Virus record (IMG/VR): IMGVR_UViG_3300006153_000339
Location: 2,836-66,835 of that record
Strand: one strand, 5' to 3'
Source: a virus
Length of the DNA stretch: 64,000 nt
A model generated the notes under the pieces. That model made no database searches. It saw only the letters and a program-made list of their open reading frames with translations, and was not told the origin of the DNA. The position numbers and the translations under genes are program-made. The stretch's first letter is position 1. Each line of letters starts with the position of its first letter. Shown one piece after another: positions 1 to 9,670 of the stretch.

Positions 1-552
1 GAAGTGGCGGAGATCGCCAGGGACAAGGCGGAGAGCATCGTCACCGTGTTCCAGGCGGGGCTGCTCAGGGCGGACACCGCCCAGCGGGAGCTGAAGAAGC
101 TTTCCGGTGAGACGGACCTCTTTGACAGCATCACCGACGAGGAGATCGCCGCCAACAGGGGAAAGACGTACCAGGATGTGACGAGTCTGCGGGACCCTCT
201 TGCCGGGCTGGTGTACGAGGGCGAGAATGCAGGTCCCTTTACGCAGGATACCAGGGACGAGTTGACCATGGATTACAATCCCCACCACGACCTCGCAAAC
301 GGACGCTTTACCGGCGGCGGCGGTGGTGGTATAATGGGGAAGAGCAAGTACGCGCCGTCGCCCCAGAGGAACAAATCCGGCATTCAGCTCAGGCCAAAGA
401 CCTACGCGAAGCTGTGCGGGGTGCTAGGGACGCAGTTTCCAGGGCTGGAGGCCGGAGAAATCCGAACAATACGTGATGCAAAATGTGAATATTTGGTGAA
501 AGCTGACGGGTATGGAGGATGTACTGTCATTGAAAGTTACAAATTGAAATAG
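1..552 (+). CDS. Portal protein C-terminus (DUF1073-like) with a variable C-terminal extension; 5' end truncated by the window
   Basis: Position before the MuF/DUF2213/DUF2184 head genes; 'AQRELKKLS..TDLFDSITDEEI' portal tail, then a YNPHHD..NGRFT linker and a lower-GC tip. Confidence 0.65.
   Translation, partial: EVAEIARDKAESIVTVFQAGLLRADTAQRELKKLSGETDLFDSITDEEIAANRGKTYQDVTSLRDPLAGLVYEGENAGPFTQDTRDELTMDYNPHHDLANGRFTGGGGGGIMGKSKYAPSPQRNKSGIQLRPKTYAKLCGVLGTQFPGLEAGEIRTIRDAKCEYLVKADGYGGCTVIESYKLK
307..335 (+). promoter_or_regulatory. Internal sigma-A promoter within the portal gene
   Basis: TTTACC-17 nt-TATAAT with extended TG. Confidence 0.55.
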
Positions 553-564
553 GAGGAATGTCCT

Positions 565-825
565 ATGGAAGAAAAATTAAGGAAGTTTTTGGAGCCATAT
601 ATTGGTCCAGGTGCTCTTCAGAAGGACCGCGTGTTGCCGGAAGATGTGGATATGCTGATTCATTTTGCTTCATATGGCCACATTGAGCAGGAGATTATTG
701 ACTACGGCACAGCCCACCCGGAAGCCAAATTCTGGGACTTCCATAAGCTCATCCCTCCCCCGACACCGGAGGAGCTTTTGCGGATGCAGATGGAGATTGA
801 CAGTGAGCCTGACGATGAGGACTGA
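565..825 (+). CDS. Small acidic protein, candidate immunity protein for the portal extension
   Basis: AGGAGG RBS, 86 aa, lower GC like the upstream tip. Confidence 0.55.
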   Translation: MEEKLRKFLEPYIGPGALQKDRVLPEDVDMLIHFASYGHIEQEIIDYGTAHPEAKFWDFHKLIPPPTPEELLRMQMEIDSEPDDED

Positions 826-828
826 CCT

Positions 829-2367
829 ATGCCCGCTCTGACCCCCAGTCCCGCCCAACGGGAGCTGCAAAGGCTCATTGAGCTGTTCCTCCAGGCGGAG
901 ACGGCGATCATCAACGAAATCGGCCGCCTCCGCAGCCGTGGCCTGATCGACTACCACGCCGTGGCTGCCCTGGAGCGAGTCCAGGCCATCCTCCACAGGC
1001 TGGAGAGCGACTGCTGGACTTACGTTCCCCGGATGATCGAATCCCAATTCTATGTCCACCACCCGGAAGCCCGCAAGCCCCTGGAGACCCCGGAGACGCG
1101 GTCGAAGCACCTGGCGGGCTATCAGAACGCCCGCGCCCTTACCGGGGAGCAGCTGGACATCGTGCAGCGGCTGGCGCAGAATCTCATGGGCCAGATCACC
1201 GAGGGTGACCTGACGGTCATAGCGGGGCTGGAGGCGGTCCTGCTGGGCCGGACAGAGCCGGACGTTTTCCGGCGGGTGGGCCTGGAGCAGTCGGCGGCGA
1301 TGCAGGCCACAGGCCGGGGCGTGTACAAGGCCCTGCCGGACTTCGTAGCCGCCCTGCGCCGGGAGGGCGTGACGGCCTTCATCGACAAAGCGGGGCGGCA
1401 CTGGAGCTTACATACCTACGGCAGCATGGTCCTGCGCACCACCTCGCGGCAGGCGGAGGCCCTGGCCGTCCTGACCCAGAACCCGGACCACGACCTCTAC
1501 CAGATCAGCCGGCACGGCACCACCTGTAAGCTCTGCGCCCCCCTGGAAGGCCGGGTGTACTCCAAAAGCGGCAGGGACCCGGACTTTCCGCCTCTGGCGG
1601 CGGCCTTCGGGAAGATGGACAGGAGCGGCCCGGACACGCTGGAAAACTCCTGGCTGAACATCCACCCCAACTGCCTCCACCAGCTTCTTCGCTGGACCCC
1701 CGTGGGACGCAGCGAGGAGGAGCTGCGAAAAATCAAGGAATTTTCCAGCTTTGAGAAGAATCCCGTTACCCGCGACCCACGCACCCAAAAGCAGATCGAG
1801 GCCTACCGCAAGAAGGAGGAGGCCCGCGCCCGGTTCCTGCGGGACTACCGCCAGTGGGAACGGTACCGGGCGGCTCTGGGAGATCCGGTGCCGAAACGGT
1901 TTGAGACGTTCAAGAAACATAAATATGCCGTTCTGGACCCGGAAACCGGAAAGTATGCAGTGGACGATAAGTTCAAGCTGTGGGAAAGTGATTACCGAAA
2001 AGCAAAAGAGCTTGAAAAATACAGCAAAGTGCGGTATCATGAGGATGGGACAGTTGTGGTGACGGATACCTGGAAAACGCACCGGTCCATCCCGTCACAA
2101 TACAAGCCCAATGCGGTCGTAGAAACGAGAATCCCCAATCAGCAGGTGGACCGGACCTTTTATGATAGCGCTGGGCATATGGTTCTGCAAGTACATAGCG
2201 GAGACCACAAGAGGCCGGAAAAGCATCCGTACGGTAAACACGGTGAACACGCACATGTGTATTCTTGGACCGATGGTCATATTTCGGAGCGGAAAGATCG
2301 GGAGCTTCTCGCGGCTGAACGAGCAGAAAACGCTGATATTTTGGAGGATACGGAAAATGACGATTGA
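829..2367 (+). CDS. Phage minor capsid (MuF-like) protein with His-rich C-terminal toxin-like domain
   Basis: C..C.PLEGRVYS and HPNC.H motifs; variable tip with HSGDH..HPYGKHGEHAH. Confidence 0.8.
   Translation: MPALTPSPAQRELQRLIELFLQAETAIINEIGRLRSRGLIDYHAVAALERVQAILHRLESDCWTYVPRMIESQFYVHHPEARKPLETPETRSKHLAGYQNARALTGEQLDIVQRLAQNLMGQITEGDLTVIAGLEAVLLGRTEPDVFRRVGLEQSAAMQATGRGVYKALPDFVAALRREGVTAFIDKAGRHWSLHTYGSMVLRTTSRQAEALAVLTQNPDHDLYQISRHGTTCKLCAPLEGRVYSKSGRDPDFPPLAAAFGKMDRSGPDTLENSWLNIHPNCLHQLLRWTPVGRSEEELRKIKEFSSFEKNPVTRDPRTQKQIEAYRKKEEARARFLRDYRQWERYRAALGDPVPKRFETFKKHKYAVLDPETGKYAVDDKFKLWESDYRKAKELEKYSKVRYHEDGTVVVTDTWKTHRSIPSQYKPNAVVETRIPNQQVDRTFYDSAGHMVLQVHSGDHKRPEKHPYGKHGEHAHVYSWTDGHISERKDRELLAAERAENADILEDTENDD
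2012..2040 (+). promoter_or_regulatory. Internal sigma-A promoter at the MuF/toxin junction
   Basis: TTGAAA-17 nt-TATCAT. Confidence 0.6.
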
Positions 2368-2584
2368 GAAATTCAAGGAGATCATGCCGTATAACGAACC
2401 TTCTTTTGGATATAACGGGAAAGAATACAGCATTTGCCATCCGAAGGATAAATTCTATGTCTGGTCAGAGGACCAGCCCGCAGATGCTGATCTGGAGTTT
2501 GATACGCTGGATGATCTACTTGACCGATGGATAATCCAGGGAAAACCGCTGCGGGAAATCCTACCGGATATTGATTTGGAGTGA
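2357..2584 (+). CDS. Candidate immunity protein (75 aa)
   Basis: GGAGG RBS, overlaps the toxin stop, acidic, ends DLLDRWIIQGKPLREILPDI. Confidence 0.7.
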   Translation: MTIEKFKEIMPYNEPSFGYNGKEYSICHPKDKFYVWSEDQPADADLEFDTLDDLLDRWIIQGKPLREILPDIDLE

Positions 2585-2588
2585 GCCT

Positions 2589-2717
2589 ATGACTGAAAAA
2601 GTAATCTGTGCCATCGAGACCGCCCTGGCCCAGGGCCACCGGGTCCAGCTCAAGCAGCTGAAGGATGGCACGATCAAGATCCAGGTCGTGTTCCAGAAGG
2701 AACTGAAAGTGAATTAA
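2589..2717 (+). CDS. Small hypothetical protein (42 aa, MTEKVICAIETALAQGHRVQLKQLKDGTIKIQVVFQKELKVN)
   Basis: Manual translation; host-like codon usage; below the ORF-track cutoff. Confidence 0.65.
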   Translation: MTEKVICAIETALAQGHRVQLKQLKDGTIKIQVVFQKELKVN

Positions 2718-2756
2718 CGTACCCACGGCGCAATTGGGCGTCAGGAAGGACCAATC

Positions 2757-2801
2757 GGGGTCAGCTTGCAGGGAATCCTGCGGGCTGGTCCCTTTTCTTT
2801 T
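2757..2801 (+). terminator. Intrinsic terminator before the head protease/scaffold gene
   Basis: GGGGTCAGCTTGCAGG/CCTGCGGGCTGGTCCC stem followed by TTTTCTTTT. Confidence 0.7.
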
Positions 2802-2815
2802 GCGAGGTGAAGCGA

Positions 2816-4015
2816 ATGTTAGCCTACTACGGGGACCGCATCTCCCCCCATATGACCACCACACCGGAGGGCTTTCTCATTTGTCATGACGTGCCCATCG
2901 CCCGCACAGGGGAGATGGACTACCGGGCCGGGGAACTGCTCCTGGAGGGCAACCCGGACCGGATGGTGCGGGTCTACCGGCACCAGGAGGACGTATTCGA
3001 CCCTGCTGCTGTCGCCAGCTTCGAGGGCAAGGAGGTCACCAGCGGCCACCCCACGGAGGACGTGGGGCCGTTCAATCGCGCCGCCTACTCCAAAGGCCAT
3101 ATCCAGAATGTGCGCCGGCAGGGGGAGCACCTGGTAGCGGACCTTCACATCAAGGATGCGGCCCTCATCAGCGACGTAAAGAACGGCGTGCTGCGGGAGG
3201 TGTCCTGCGGCTACCATTGCAGCTACGTCCCGGAAGGGGACGGGTACCGGCAGCAGGAGATACGGGGCAATCACGTGGCCGTCGTGCCCAGGGGCAGGGC
3301 GGGCCGCGAGGTGGCAATACACGATGCGGCGCACAGCGCCGGGAAAGGAACAAACACCATGAGCAAATTTGCAGAGGCCGTCCTGCGAGCGTTCGGGATG
3401 GCTGCAAAAGATGCCGGGGACGACCAGGCGATGGACGATCTGGTCTCCACCACCATGACCGCGCTGGACGCCGACCCCGCCGGCGGAGCAGCTGCTCCCC
3501 CCGCCCAGGAAGCGGACCCCGCAGCAAGGGAGGAGAAACCCAAGGAGGAGACGCCCGCCAACGACGCAGTTCCCGCCGCTCTCAGCGCCCTGGAGGCCAA
3601 GCTGGACAAGCTGATCGAGATGTTGGCGGCCGGGGACCGCCGGCCGGAGGGCGAAAAGGCGCTGGATCAGATGATTGCCAGCCTGGACGGCGGCAGCGCC
3701 GCCACCATCCCCGCCGGCGGCGGGTTGGACGGCCATGTCAACGGCCCTGCCAGGGACGCAGCGCTGGCTATGCTCAGGAGCATGCGCCCGGTGGTGGCCT
3801 CCATCGAGGACGCCTCCACCCGTGCCAAAGTGACGGATGCACTGCTGGGAGCCGTCAAGGCCCCGGATGTGCTGGGCAGCATCATGCAGGCGGCCCAGCA
3901 GAGCGCACAGAAGGCATCGGATGCCGCCGCTCCCGCCAGCTTCGACAAGCTGTGCGCGGACCAGAAGGCGGCCTATGATGCCAGGAACCCCCACAAACAG
4001 AAGGAGGACAAGTGA
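2816..4015 (+). CDS. DUF2213-family head maturation protease/scaffold
   Basis: TPEGFLICHDVPIARTG, EVSCGY, GNHVAVV..GRAG motifs. Confidence 0.88.
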   Translation: MLAYYGDRISPHMTTTPEGFLICHDVPIARTGEMDYRAGELLLEGNPDRMVRVYRHQEDVFDPAAVASFEGKEVTSGHPTEDVGPFNRAAYSKGHIQNVRRQGEHLVADLHIKDAALISDVKNGVLREVSCGYHCSYVPEGDGYRQQEIRGNHVAVVPRGRAGREVAIHDAAHSAGKGTNTMSKFAEAVLRAFGMAAKDAGDDQAMDDLVSTTMTALDADPAGGAAAPPAQEADPAAREEKPKEETPANDAVPAALSALEAKLDKLIEMLAAGDRRPEGEKALDQMIASLDGGSAATIPAGGGLDGHVNGPARDAALAMLRSMRPVVASIEDASTRAKVTDALLGAVKAPDVLGSIMQAAQQSAQKASDAAAPASFDKLCADQKAAYDARNPHKQKEDK

Positions 4016-4017
4016 GT

Positions 4018-4527
4018 ATGGGACTGCATCCTCAGAACATCGGGGCCGCGATGCCCCACGGCTATGCCGGCGGCTACGCCCGGCAGCCTGATTCTATTGT
4101 CAACACCCGGCCTGCCGGGGCGGAGATCGTCTTCGGTACTGCGCTGAAGTATGATGCAGGCGGAAACGTCCTGCCCATGGGTGCGGGGGATACCGCGTCC
4201 GCCTTTGTGGGCGTGGCATCCAAGGAGATCAAGACCGCCCTCACCTACCTGGACCAGGGTGTGGGCAAGTACGGGGCGAAGGAGGCCGTCCCCGTCTTCA
4301 TGCGGGGCGCGGTCAACGTGCTCTGTCAGAAGGGGACCCCCAAGCTGGGCGGCGCGGTCTATCTGCGGATCGCGGCCAGCGAGAGCTATCCCGGCGCGGC
4401 TGTGGGCGGCTTCGAGGCAGAGGCGGACGACAAGAACACCGTTCAGCTGACGAACTGTCAGTGGGCGGGCCCGGCGGACGTGAACAAAGTGGCGGAGCTG
4501 CGGATTCTCACCATGCAGCATGCGTAA
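4018..4527 (+). CDS. Head decoration/cement protein
   Basis: Position between DUF2213 and the capsid gene; size and Gly/Ala-rich composition. Confidence 0.7.
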   Translation: MGLHPQNIGAAMPHGYAGGYARQPDSIVNTRPAGAEIVFGTALKYDAGGNVLPMGAGDTASAFVGVASKEIKTALTYLDQGVGKYGAKEAVPVFMRGAVNVLCQKGTPKLGGAVYLRIAASESYPGAAVGGFEAEADDKNTVQLTNCQWAGPADVNKVAELRILTMQHA

Positions 4528-4539
4528 GGAGGACATGAG

Positions 4540-5586
4540 ATGAGCAAGTTTCAGAATATGGGCACCTTTGATGCCGGCGTGGTCGGCGGCACAGCCCGCC
4601 CCGGCCGGACCAATTCCGGCATTATGACTCTGGACGAGGCGGGCATCGCCTCCGGCGGCGCGTTCCTGCGCTCCGAGCTGGAGAAGCGGGACCCGCTGCT
4701 TCGCAGACCCCTCACCAGCGTCACCTACCCCAGGGACATCAACATCAACACCGGCGGCGGCTGGGTGGACGCCATCTCCGCCCAGTCCGTGGGCTACGGC
4801 ATCACCGGCGGCAGCGGGGACGGCCCGGTGGGCTCCGGCGGGACCAACGGCGTCCCCATCGTCAGCGCCAACGTGGACAACGGCATCTATAAGGCCCACG
4901 TCTTCCAGGTGGCCCTCCGGGTCATGTTCGTGGACATGCAGAAGGCCAATTACACCGGCCGTTCCCTGGACAATCTCCTGACCGACGGCGTGCGCCTGAC
5001 CTATGACAAGCACCAGGACCAGAACGTCTACATGGGCATCGCCCGCTACGGCACCACCGGCATCCTCAACAACCCGGACGCTGCTGAGACCACAGTGGCC
5101 GGTAACGGCGCGGCCACGCCCTCCACCAAGTGGAAGGACAAGACACCCGCCCAGATTCTGGCGGATGTGAACAGCGCCATCATCGCCAACTGGGCGGCGG
5201 CGGACTACGACGAGACTGCCATGCCCAACCATATCTTGCTGCCCTATGAGCAGTACGCCTATATCCTCAACACGCCCGTCACGGAGCTGGCCACGGAGAC
5301 CATCCTGGACTATATCATGAAAAACAACGTCTCCGCCAAGAACGGCGGCTCCCTCTACATCGGGGCCACCCGCTGGTGCAAGGGGGCAGGGACCGGCGGT
5401 GCGGACCGCATGGCGGTGTACGTCAACTACGAGCGCTTCCTCAGTGTGGAGGAACTGGTGCCCCTCAGCCGGGTGATGACGACGCCCAATGCCGCTGAGG
5501 TCTGCTATGACACCGCCTACATGGCGAATCTGTCCGAGGTGGAGGTTTTCTATCCCCAGACCATCGCCTACTACGACGGCATATAG
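4540..5586 (+). CDS. Major capsid protein (DUF2184 family)
   Basis: 348 aa, FL..ELEKRDP..PL, ends YYDGI. Confidence 0.88.
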   Translation: MSKFQNMGTFDAGVVGGTARPGRTNSGIMTLDEAGIASGGAFLRSELEKRDPLLRRPLTSVTYPRDININTGGGWVDAISAQSVGYGITGGSGDGPVGSGGTNGVPIVSANVDNGIYKAHVFQVALRVMFVDMQKANYTGRSLDNLLTDGVRLTYDKHQDQNVYMGIARYGTTGILNNPDAAETTVAGNGAATPSTKWKDKTPAQILADVNSAIIANWAAADYDETAMPNHILLPYEQYAYILNTPVTELATETILDYIMKNNVSAKNGGSLYIGATRWCKGAGTGGADRMAVYVNYERFLSVEELVPLSRVMTTPNAAEVCYDTAYMANLSEVEVFYPQTIAYYDGI

Positions 5587-5598
5587 GGAGGTGCGGAC

Positions 5599-5814
5599 AT
5601 GTTTGTGGTATCCAAGAGGAACATCATCCTGCCCGGACCCGATGGTGAGAAGTTCCATATGCCCAGGGACTACATAGGCCCCATCCCCACCTGGGCGGAG
5701 GATTCCGCCTATCTGAAGGCCCTGGCGGCGGACGGCAAGGTCATCATCTCCGCCTCCGGCAGAGACAGGGACTTCGACAAGCAGCCGAAAAGGCAAAAAA
5801 ATGTGGCCGAATAA
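5599..5814 (+). CDS. Hypothetical virion-module protein
   Basis: GGAGG RBS, coupled to the next gene. Confidence 0.7.
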   Translation: MFVVSKRNIILPGPDGEKFHMPRDYIGPIPTWAEDSAYLKALAADGKVIISASGRDRDFDKQPKRQKNVAE

Positions 5815-6286
5815 GCCGCAGTTCTTCGGCATCCGGGATGTGGCCGCCAATATCAGCTGCGGCAGGGGCGCCTATTCGGCGGAGATGTTCCAGGCGGATT
5901 TCCCCCAGTTTTTCAACGAGGCCATGATCTGCCTGGTGCCAGAGTCCATACTGGAGGAGTTTATCCGGCAGGCCAACATAGCTATTACACCGGATAAATG
6001 GCTGGATGGCTGGCGGTATGCCGCTGGACTGTATGTGGCCCATCAGGCAACGCTGTACCTGCGCACTTTCGCAGAGAGCTCTGCCACACCGGCCCAGGCG
6101 GCCGCCACAGGGGCGTTGGTGGGCGTGGTGAAGTCCGCTACCCTGGGTGACAGCTCCGTCAGCTATGACACGGATGCCCTCACCAGGGCCACGGCGGACT
6201 GGGGCGATCTGAACGCCACCCAGTACGGACAGATTCTGGCCACCAGGGCCCGATTGGCAGGCATGGGAGGGACCTACGTGCTATGA
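5801..6286 (+). CDS. Head-tail connector (DUF4054-like)
   Basis: F..DFPQF, GLYVAH, TQYGQ motifs. Confidence 0.8.
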   Translation: MWPNKPQFFGIRDVAANISCGRGAYSAEMFQADFPQFFNEAMICLVPESILEEFIRQANIAITPDKWLDGWRYAAGLYVAHQATLYLRTFAESSATPAQAAATGALVGVVKSATLGDSSVSYDTDALTRATADWGDLNATQYGQILATRARLAGMGGTYVL

Positions 6287-6696
6287 ACTACGCCGATTGG
6301 TACACCGACCGCATGACCATCCGCCGGGTAAAGCCGGCAAAAGACGGCGCACTGATCCGCCACGAGCGGATACAGGTGGCGGAGAACGTCCCCTGCCGGA
6401 TCTACCGCAGCGGCGCCCACGGCCCCCGGATGCAGTCCACCGCCGCCTATACGGAGAGTATGGACGACAAGCTGGCCTGCGGCAACGAGGTGGACGTACG
6501 GCCCGGAGATGAGCTGATCATCCGGCGGGGCGGGGGCCTGGGACAAGTCCGGCAGGCCATCCGGGCCTTTGCCGGGGAACCGGTCCACTACTACGAGCCC
6601 TTCGGCGCGGTGATTCCCGGACTGGCCCATCAGGAGCTGGCACTGCTGCAAAAGGAGTATCTGGACGCGGAGGAGGAGAGCGATGGCGCTGGGTGA
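6283..6696 (+). CDS. Head closure/stopper protein (putative)
   Basis: Synteny, ATGA coupling. Confidence 0.6.
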   Translation: MNYADWYTDRMTIRRVKPAKDGALIRHERIQVAENVPCRIYRSGAHGPRMQSTAAYTESMDDKLACGNEVDVRPGDELIIRRGGGLGQVRQAIRAFAGEPVHYYEPFGAVIPGLAHQELALLQKEYLDAEEESDGAG

Positions 6697-7189
6697 CGCG
6701 CTGCAAAAGCGCATGGAGGAGCTGGCGAGGCGCCAGCCCATGATCGAGAAGCGGCTGGCGGCCATTGCGGAGGGGGCCACCCTCCGGGCAGTGGAGGAGG
6801 CCGTGGAGAAAACGCCGCCCAACACCTGCAGGGATGGCGAAATCAGGGGTGTCCATACCATCACGGGAGAGCTGGCGGAGCACTGGGCCTCCGACAGCCA
6901 GACAATCCCGGTGCAGAGCGGAAGCCGGCTTGTCACAACACTGGCAAACGATAAGGAATATGCCAGCTATGTCAACGACGGCCATCGGATGGACAGACAC
7001 TTTGTGCCGGGACTCTACGTGGATGATGAGGGCGTGCTGTCCTATGACCCCGCCCGTGATGTCGGCCTGGTAGTGGGCACAAAGACCAGGTACGTCCCTG
7101 GCCTCTACATGAAGGAGGCCGGAATCGAGAAGTACCGGGAGATCGCCGAGGCGGAGCTGCCAAAGCTGGCAAGGGAGTTTTTGAAATGA
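6683..7189 (+). CDS. HK97 gp10-family neck protein
   Basis: TGEL..HW and EYASYVNDGHR motifs. Confidence 0.8.
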   Translation: MALGDALQKRMEELARRQPMIEKRLAAIAEGATLRAVEEAVEKTPPNTCRDGEIRGVHTITGELAEHWASDSQTIPVQSGSRLVTTLANDKEYASYVNDGHRMDRHFVPGLYVDDEGVLSYDPARDVGLVVGTKTRYVPGLYMKEAGIEKYREIAEAELPKLAREFLK

Positions 7190-7635
7190 TCTTTACCATG
7201 CCCGCCCTGGCCTGCTCCCTGGCGGACTATCTGTCCCCGGCGCTGCCCGGCGCGTCCTTCTATGCGGACCCCAACCAGCAGGGCACCAAGTCTCCCGCCC
7301 TGTTTCTCCGCCAGACCTTCGCGAAGCTCTCCCCACAGCCCGGAGGCCTGCTCCTTCGGCAGCTGGGGCTGGACCTGGTGTATCTGGACCGGTTCTACAC
7401 CGTCCGGGAGGAGAGCTGCCTACAGGCGGCGGCAGACGTGATGGACCAGCTGCTGGAGACATTTCCCTATGCGGCGGCGAAGGACGGCGCGGCGGTGCGT
7501 CTGCGCACCTATGACCGCCGCTGGGAGATCACCGACAGCACGCTGCATTACAAATTCGAGCTCCGCCTGCGGCTCACCCCGGCGGAGGACGCGGCCCTGA
7601 TGCAGAGCATTCAGGAGCTGAACATGGAGGTTTGA
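7186..7635 (+). CDS. Tail terminator protein (putative)
   Basis: Synteny before the sheath; QQG...PA.F motif. Confidence 0.65.
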   Translation: MIFTMPALACSLADYLSPALPGASFYADPNQQGTKSPALFLRQTFAKLSPQPGGLLLRQLGLDLVYLDRFYTVREESCLQAAADVMDQLLETFPYAAAKDGAAVRLRTYDRRWEITDSTLHYKFELRLRLTPAEDAALMQSIQELNMEV

Positions 7636-7637
7636 CC

Positions 7638-7814
7638 ATGAGCGATCCCAAGACCAAAACGGAGAAAACCTATCCCACCGGGGCGCTGCTGGAGAGCAGG
7701 GCCCTCGCGGGATACCAGCCGGACTTCGCCAGGGCCATCCTGACGAAGAGCACCTATACCGTCCGGGAGGCAAAAGAAGTCCTGGACAAATACCTGAAGG
7801 GAGGGACGACCTGA
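7638..7814 (+). CDS. Small pre-sheath protein (58 aa)
   Basis: GGAGG RBS, TGATG coupling to the sheath gene. Confidence 0.65.
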   Translation: MSDPKTKTEKTYPTGALLESRALAGYQPDFARAILTKSTYTVREAKEVLDKYLKGGTT

Positions 7815-9166
7815 TGGCAGGCGGCAACTGGACGGCCCAGAACAAGGTCCGTCCCGGCATTTACATCAACTTCACCAGCAAGGGCAGCCGGCCCCTGACC
7901 CCCGGCGCACGGGGCACCCTGGCGGGCATCCGTCCGCTGTCCTGGGGGCCGGTGGGGAAGGTCATGACCATCGACCCCGGCGCGGACATAACGCCGTATA
8001 TCGGCTACGGCATGACCGCGCCCCAGGCCGGATTTCTCCGGGAGGCACTGAAAGGCACGGACGTCACCAGCCCACCCACGAAGATTCTGCTCTACCGCCC
8101 CGCAGCGGCCGGTTCGGCGGCGGCATCCGCCTCTCTGAGCGGAGAGAGCGGCGGCGTGACCGCCACGGCGCTGTACCCCGGCGTCCGGGGCAACGATATT
8201 TCCATCACTGTAACCGAGCAGGTGGACGAGGAAAACACCTTTACCGTCACCACTCTGGTGGACGGTGTACAGGTGGACCAGCAGACCGCCAGGACCGGCG
8301 GAGAGCTGGCGCCCAACGCCTGGGTCGCCTTCACCGGGGACGCCGCCCTGACGGCTGCGGCGGGCGTCACCCTTACCGGCGGCGCGGACGGCACCGTCTC
8401 CCCCCAGGCCTACTCCGACTTCCTCGCCGCCCTGGAGCCCTGCAGCTTCGACGTGCTGGTCTACGACGGCACGGACAGCGCAGTGCGGCAGGCGTTTACC
8501 GCCTTTGTCCAGCGCATCTCCTCCCAGGAGGGTCGCTACGCCCAGCTGGTGACCACCGGGGCGGAACATGCGGACAGCCGTTTTGTCATCAACAACAAGG
8601 TGGGCGTGGTTCTGGAAGACGGCAGCACCCTGACGCCCCAGGAGACCGTCTGGTGGCTGGCCGGCGCGGAGGCGGGGGCCCAGTATAACCAGTCCCTGTC
8701 CTATGCGTCCTATCCCGGCGCGGTGGACGTATCCCCCCGCCTCACCGGCAGCCAGATGGAGGCGGACATCCTGGCGGGGAACGTGGTTTTGTCGGAGGAG
8801 TTCGGCAAGGTGCGTGTGGAGACAGACATCAACACCCTGACCACCTTCACACCGGACATCGGCGAGGCCTTCAGGAAGAACCGGACGATGCGCTGTTGCA
8901 ACAACCTGGCCAACGACATCTACCGCGAATTTTCCCAGAATTACCTGGGAAAGGTCAGCAACAATGAGGCGGGCCGCGCCCTGTTCCAGGCGGCGATCCT
9001 GAGCTATTTGCTGGCTATGTACGGCAAGGGCGCGCTGCGCCAGCGCCCCGTGGGGGAGGACGTGGAGGTGCTGCCGGGGGATGCCATCGACAGCGTCGTC
9101 ATCAACCTGGCGCTGTATCTGGCCGACGCGGTGGAGAAGATCTACATGACCGTCACGGTCAGATGA
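7814..9166 (+). CDS. Tail sheath protein (XkdK-like)
   Basis: MAGGNWTAQNKVRPGIYINF N-terminus; 450 aa. Confidence 0.92.
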   Translation: MAGGNWTAQNKVRPGIYINFTSKGSRPLTPGARGTLAGIRPLSWGPVGKVMTIDPGADITPYIGYGMTAPQAGFLREALKGTDVTSPPTKILLYRPAAAGSAAASASLSGESGGVTATALYPGVRGNDISITVTEQVDEENTFTVTTLVDGVQVDQQTARTGGELAPNAWVAFTGDAALTAAAGVTLTGGADGTVSPQAYSDFLAALEPCSFDVLVYDGTDSAVRQAFTAFVQRISSQEGRYAQLVTTGAEHADSRFVINNKVGVVLEDGSTLTPQETVWWLAGAEAGAQYNQSLSYASYPGAVDVSPRLTGSQMEADILAGNVVLSEEFGKVRVETDINTLTTFTPDIGEAFRKNRTMRCCNNLANDIYREFSQNYLGKVSNNEAGRALFQAAILSYLLAMYGKGALRQRPVGEDVEVLPGDAIDSVVINLALYLADAVEKIYMTVTVR

Positions 9167-9180
9167 GGAGGTGACAGGAT

Positions 9181-9657
9181 ATGAGTTTTCTGCTGGAGAG
9201 AGACACCCTCCACGGCGCCGCCGGGAAAGCGTTCATCACCATGAGCGGCCAGGTCAAGGAGCTGTTCGGCGCAAAGAAGGTCCAGACCCAGGCGGAGATT
9301 CAGAGCACGGACATGAAGGTCATCGGGACAAAGCGAATCCAGAACAAACCCGGCGGCGTGAAGCAGACCGGCACCGGTACCTGCTACTACGGCACGCCCA
9401 TCTTCGTGGACATGCTGTCCCAGTACATCCGCACCGGTGAGATGCCCTACTTCACCCTTCAGACCACCAACGACGACAAGGCATCCTCCGCGGGGGTGCA
9501 GACCATCGCCTATTACAACTGCAAGCTGTCGGGCACCGTCCCGCTGTCCGTCCTGGACGCGGACGCCGACATGCTGACGTTCGACTTTTCCTTTACCTAC
9601 GAGGACTTTGAGGTCCTCAGCCGCTTCAACGACCAGCCCGCCCAGCTGGGGTCCTGA
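9181..9657 (+). CDS. Tail tube protein (XkdM-like)
   Basis: Follows the sheath; ends FTYEDFE. Confidence 0.88.
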   Translation: MSFLLERDTLHGAAGKAFITMSGQVKELFGAKKVQTQAEIQSTDMKVIGTKRIQNKPGGVKQTGTGTCYYGTPIFVDMLSQYIRTGEMPYFTLQTTNDDKASSAGVQTIAYYNCKLSGTVPLSVLDADADMLTFDFSFTYEDFEVLSRFNDQPAQLGS

Positions 9658-9670
9658 GAGGAGCAGTATC

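Noticed and set aside
3973..5850. Long antisense ORFs (e.g. 3973-5850, 26752-28530, 61775-63181)
   Set aside because: Shadows of real GC-rich genes on the opposite strand, with no motifs or RBS
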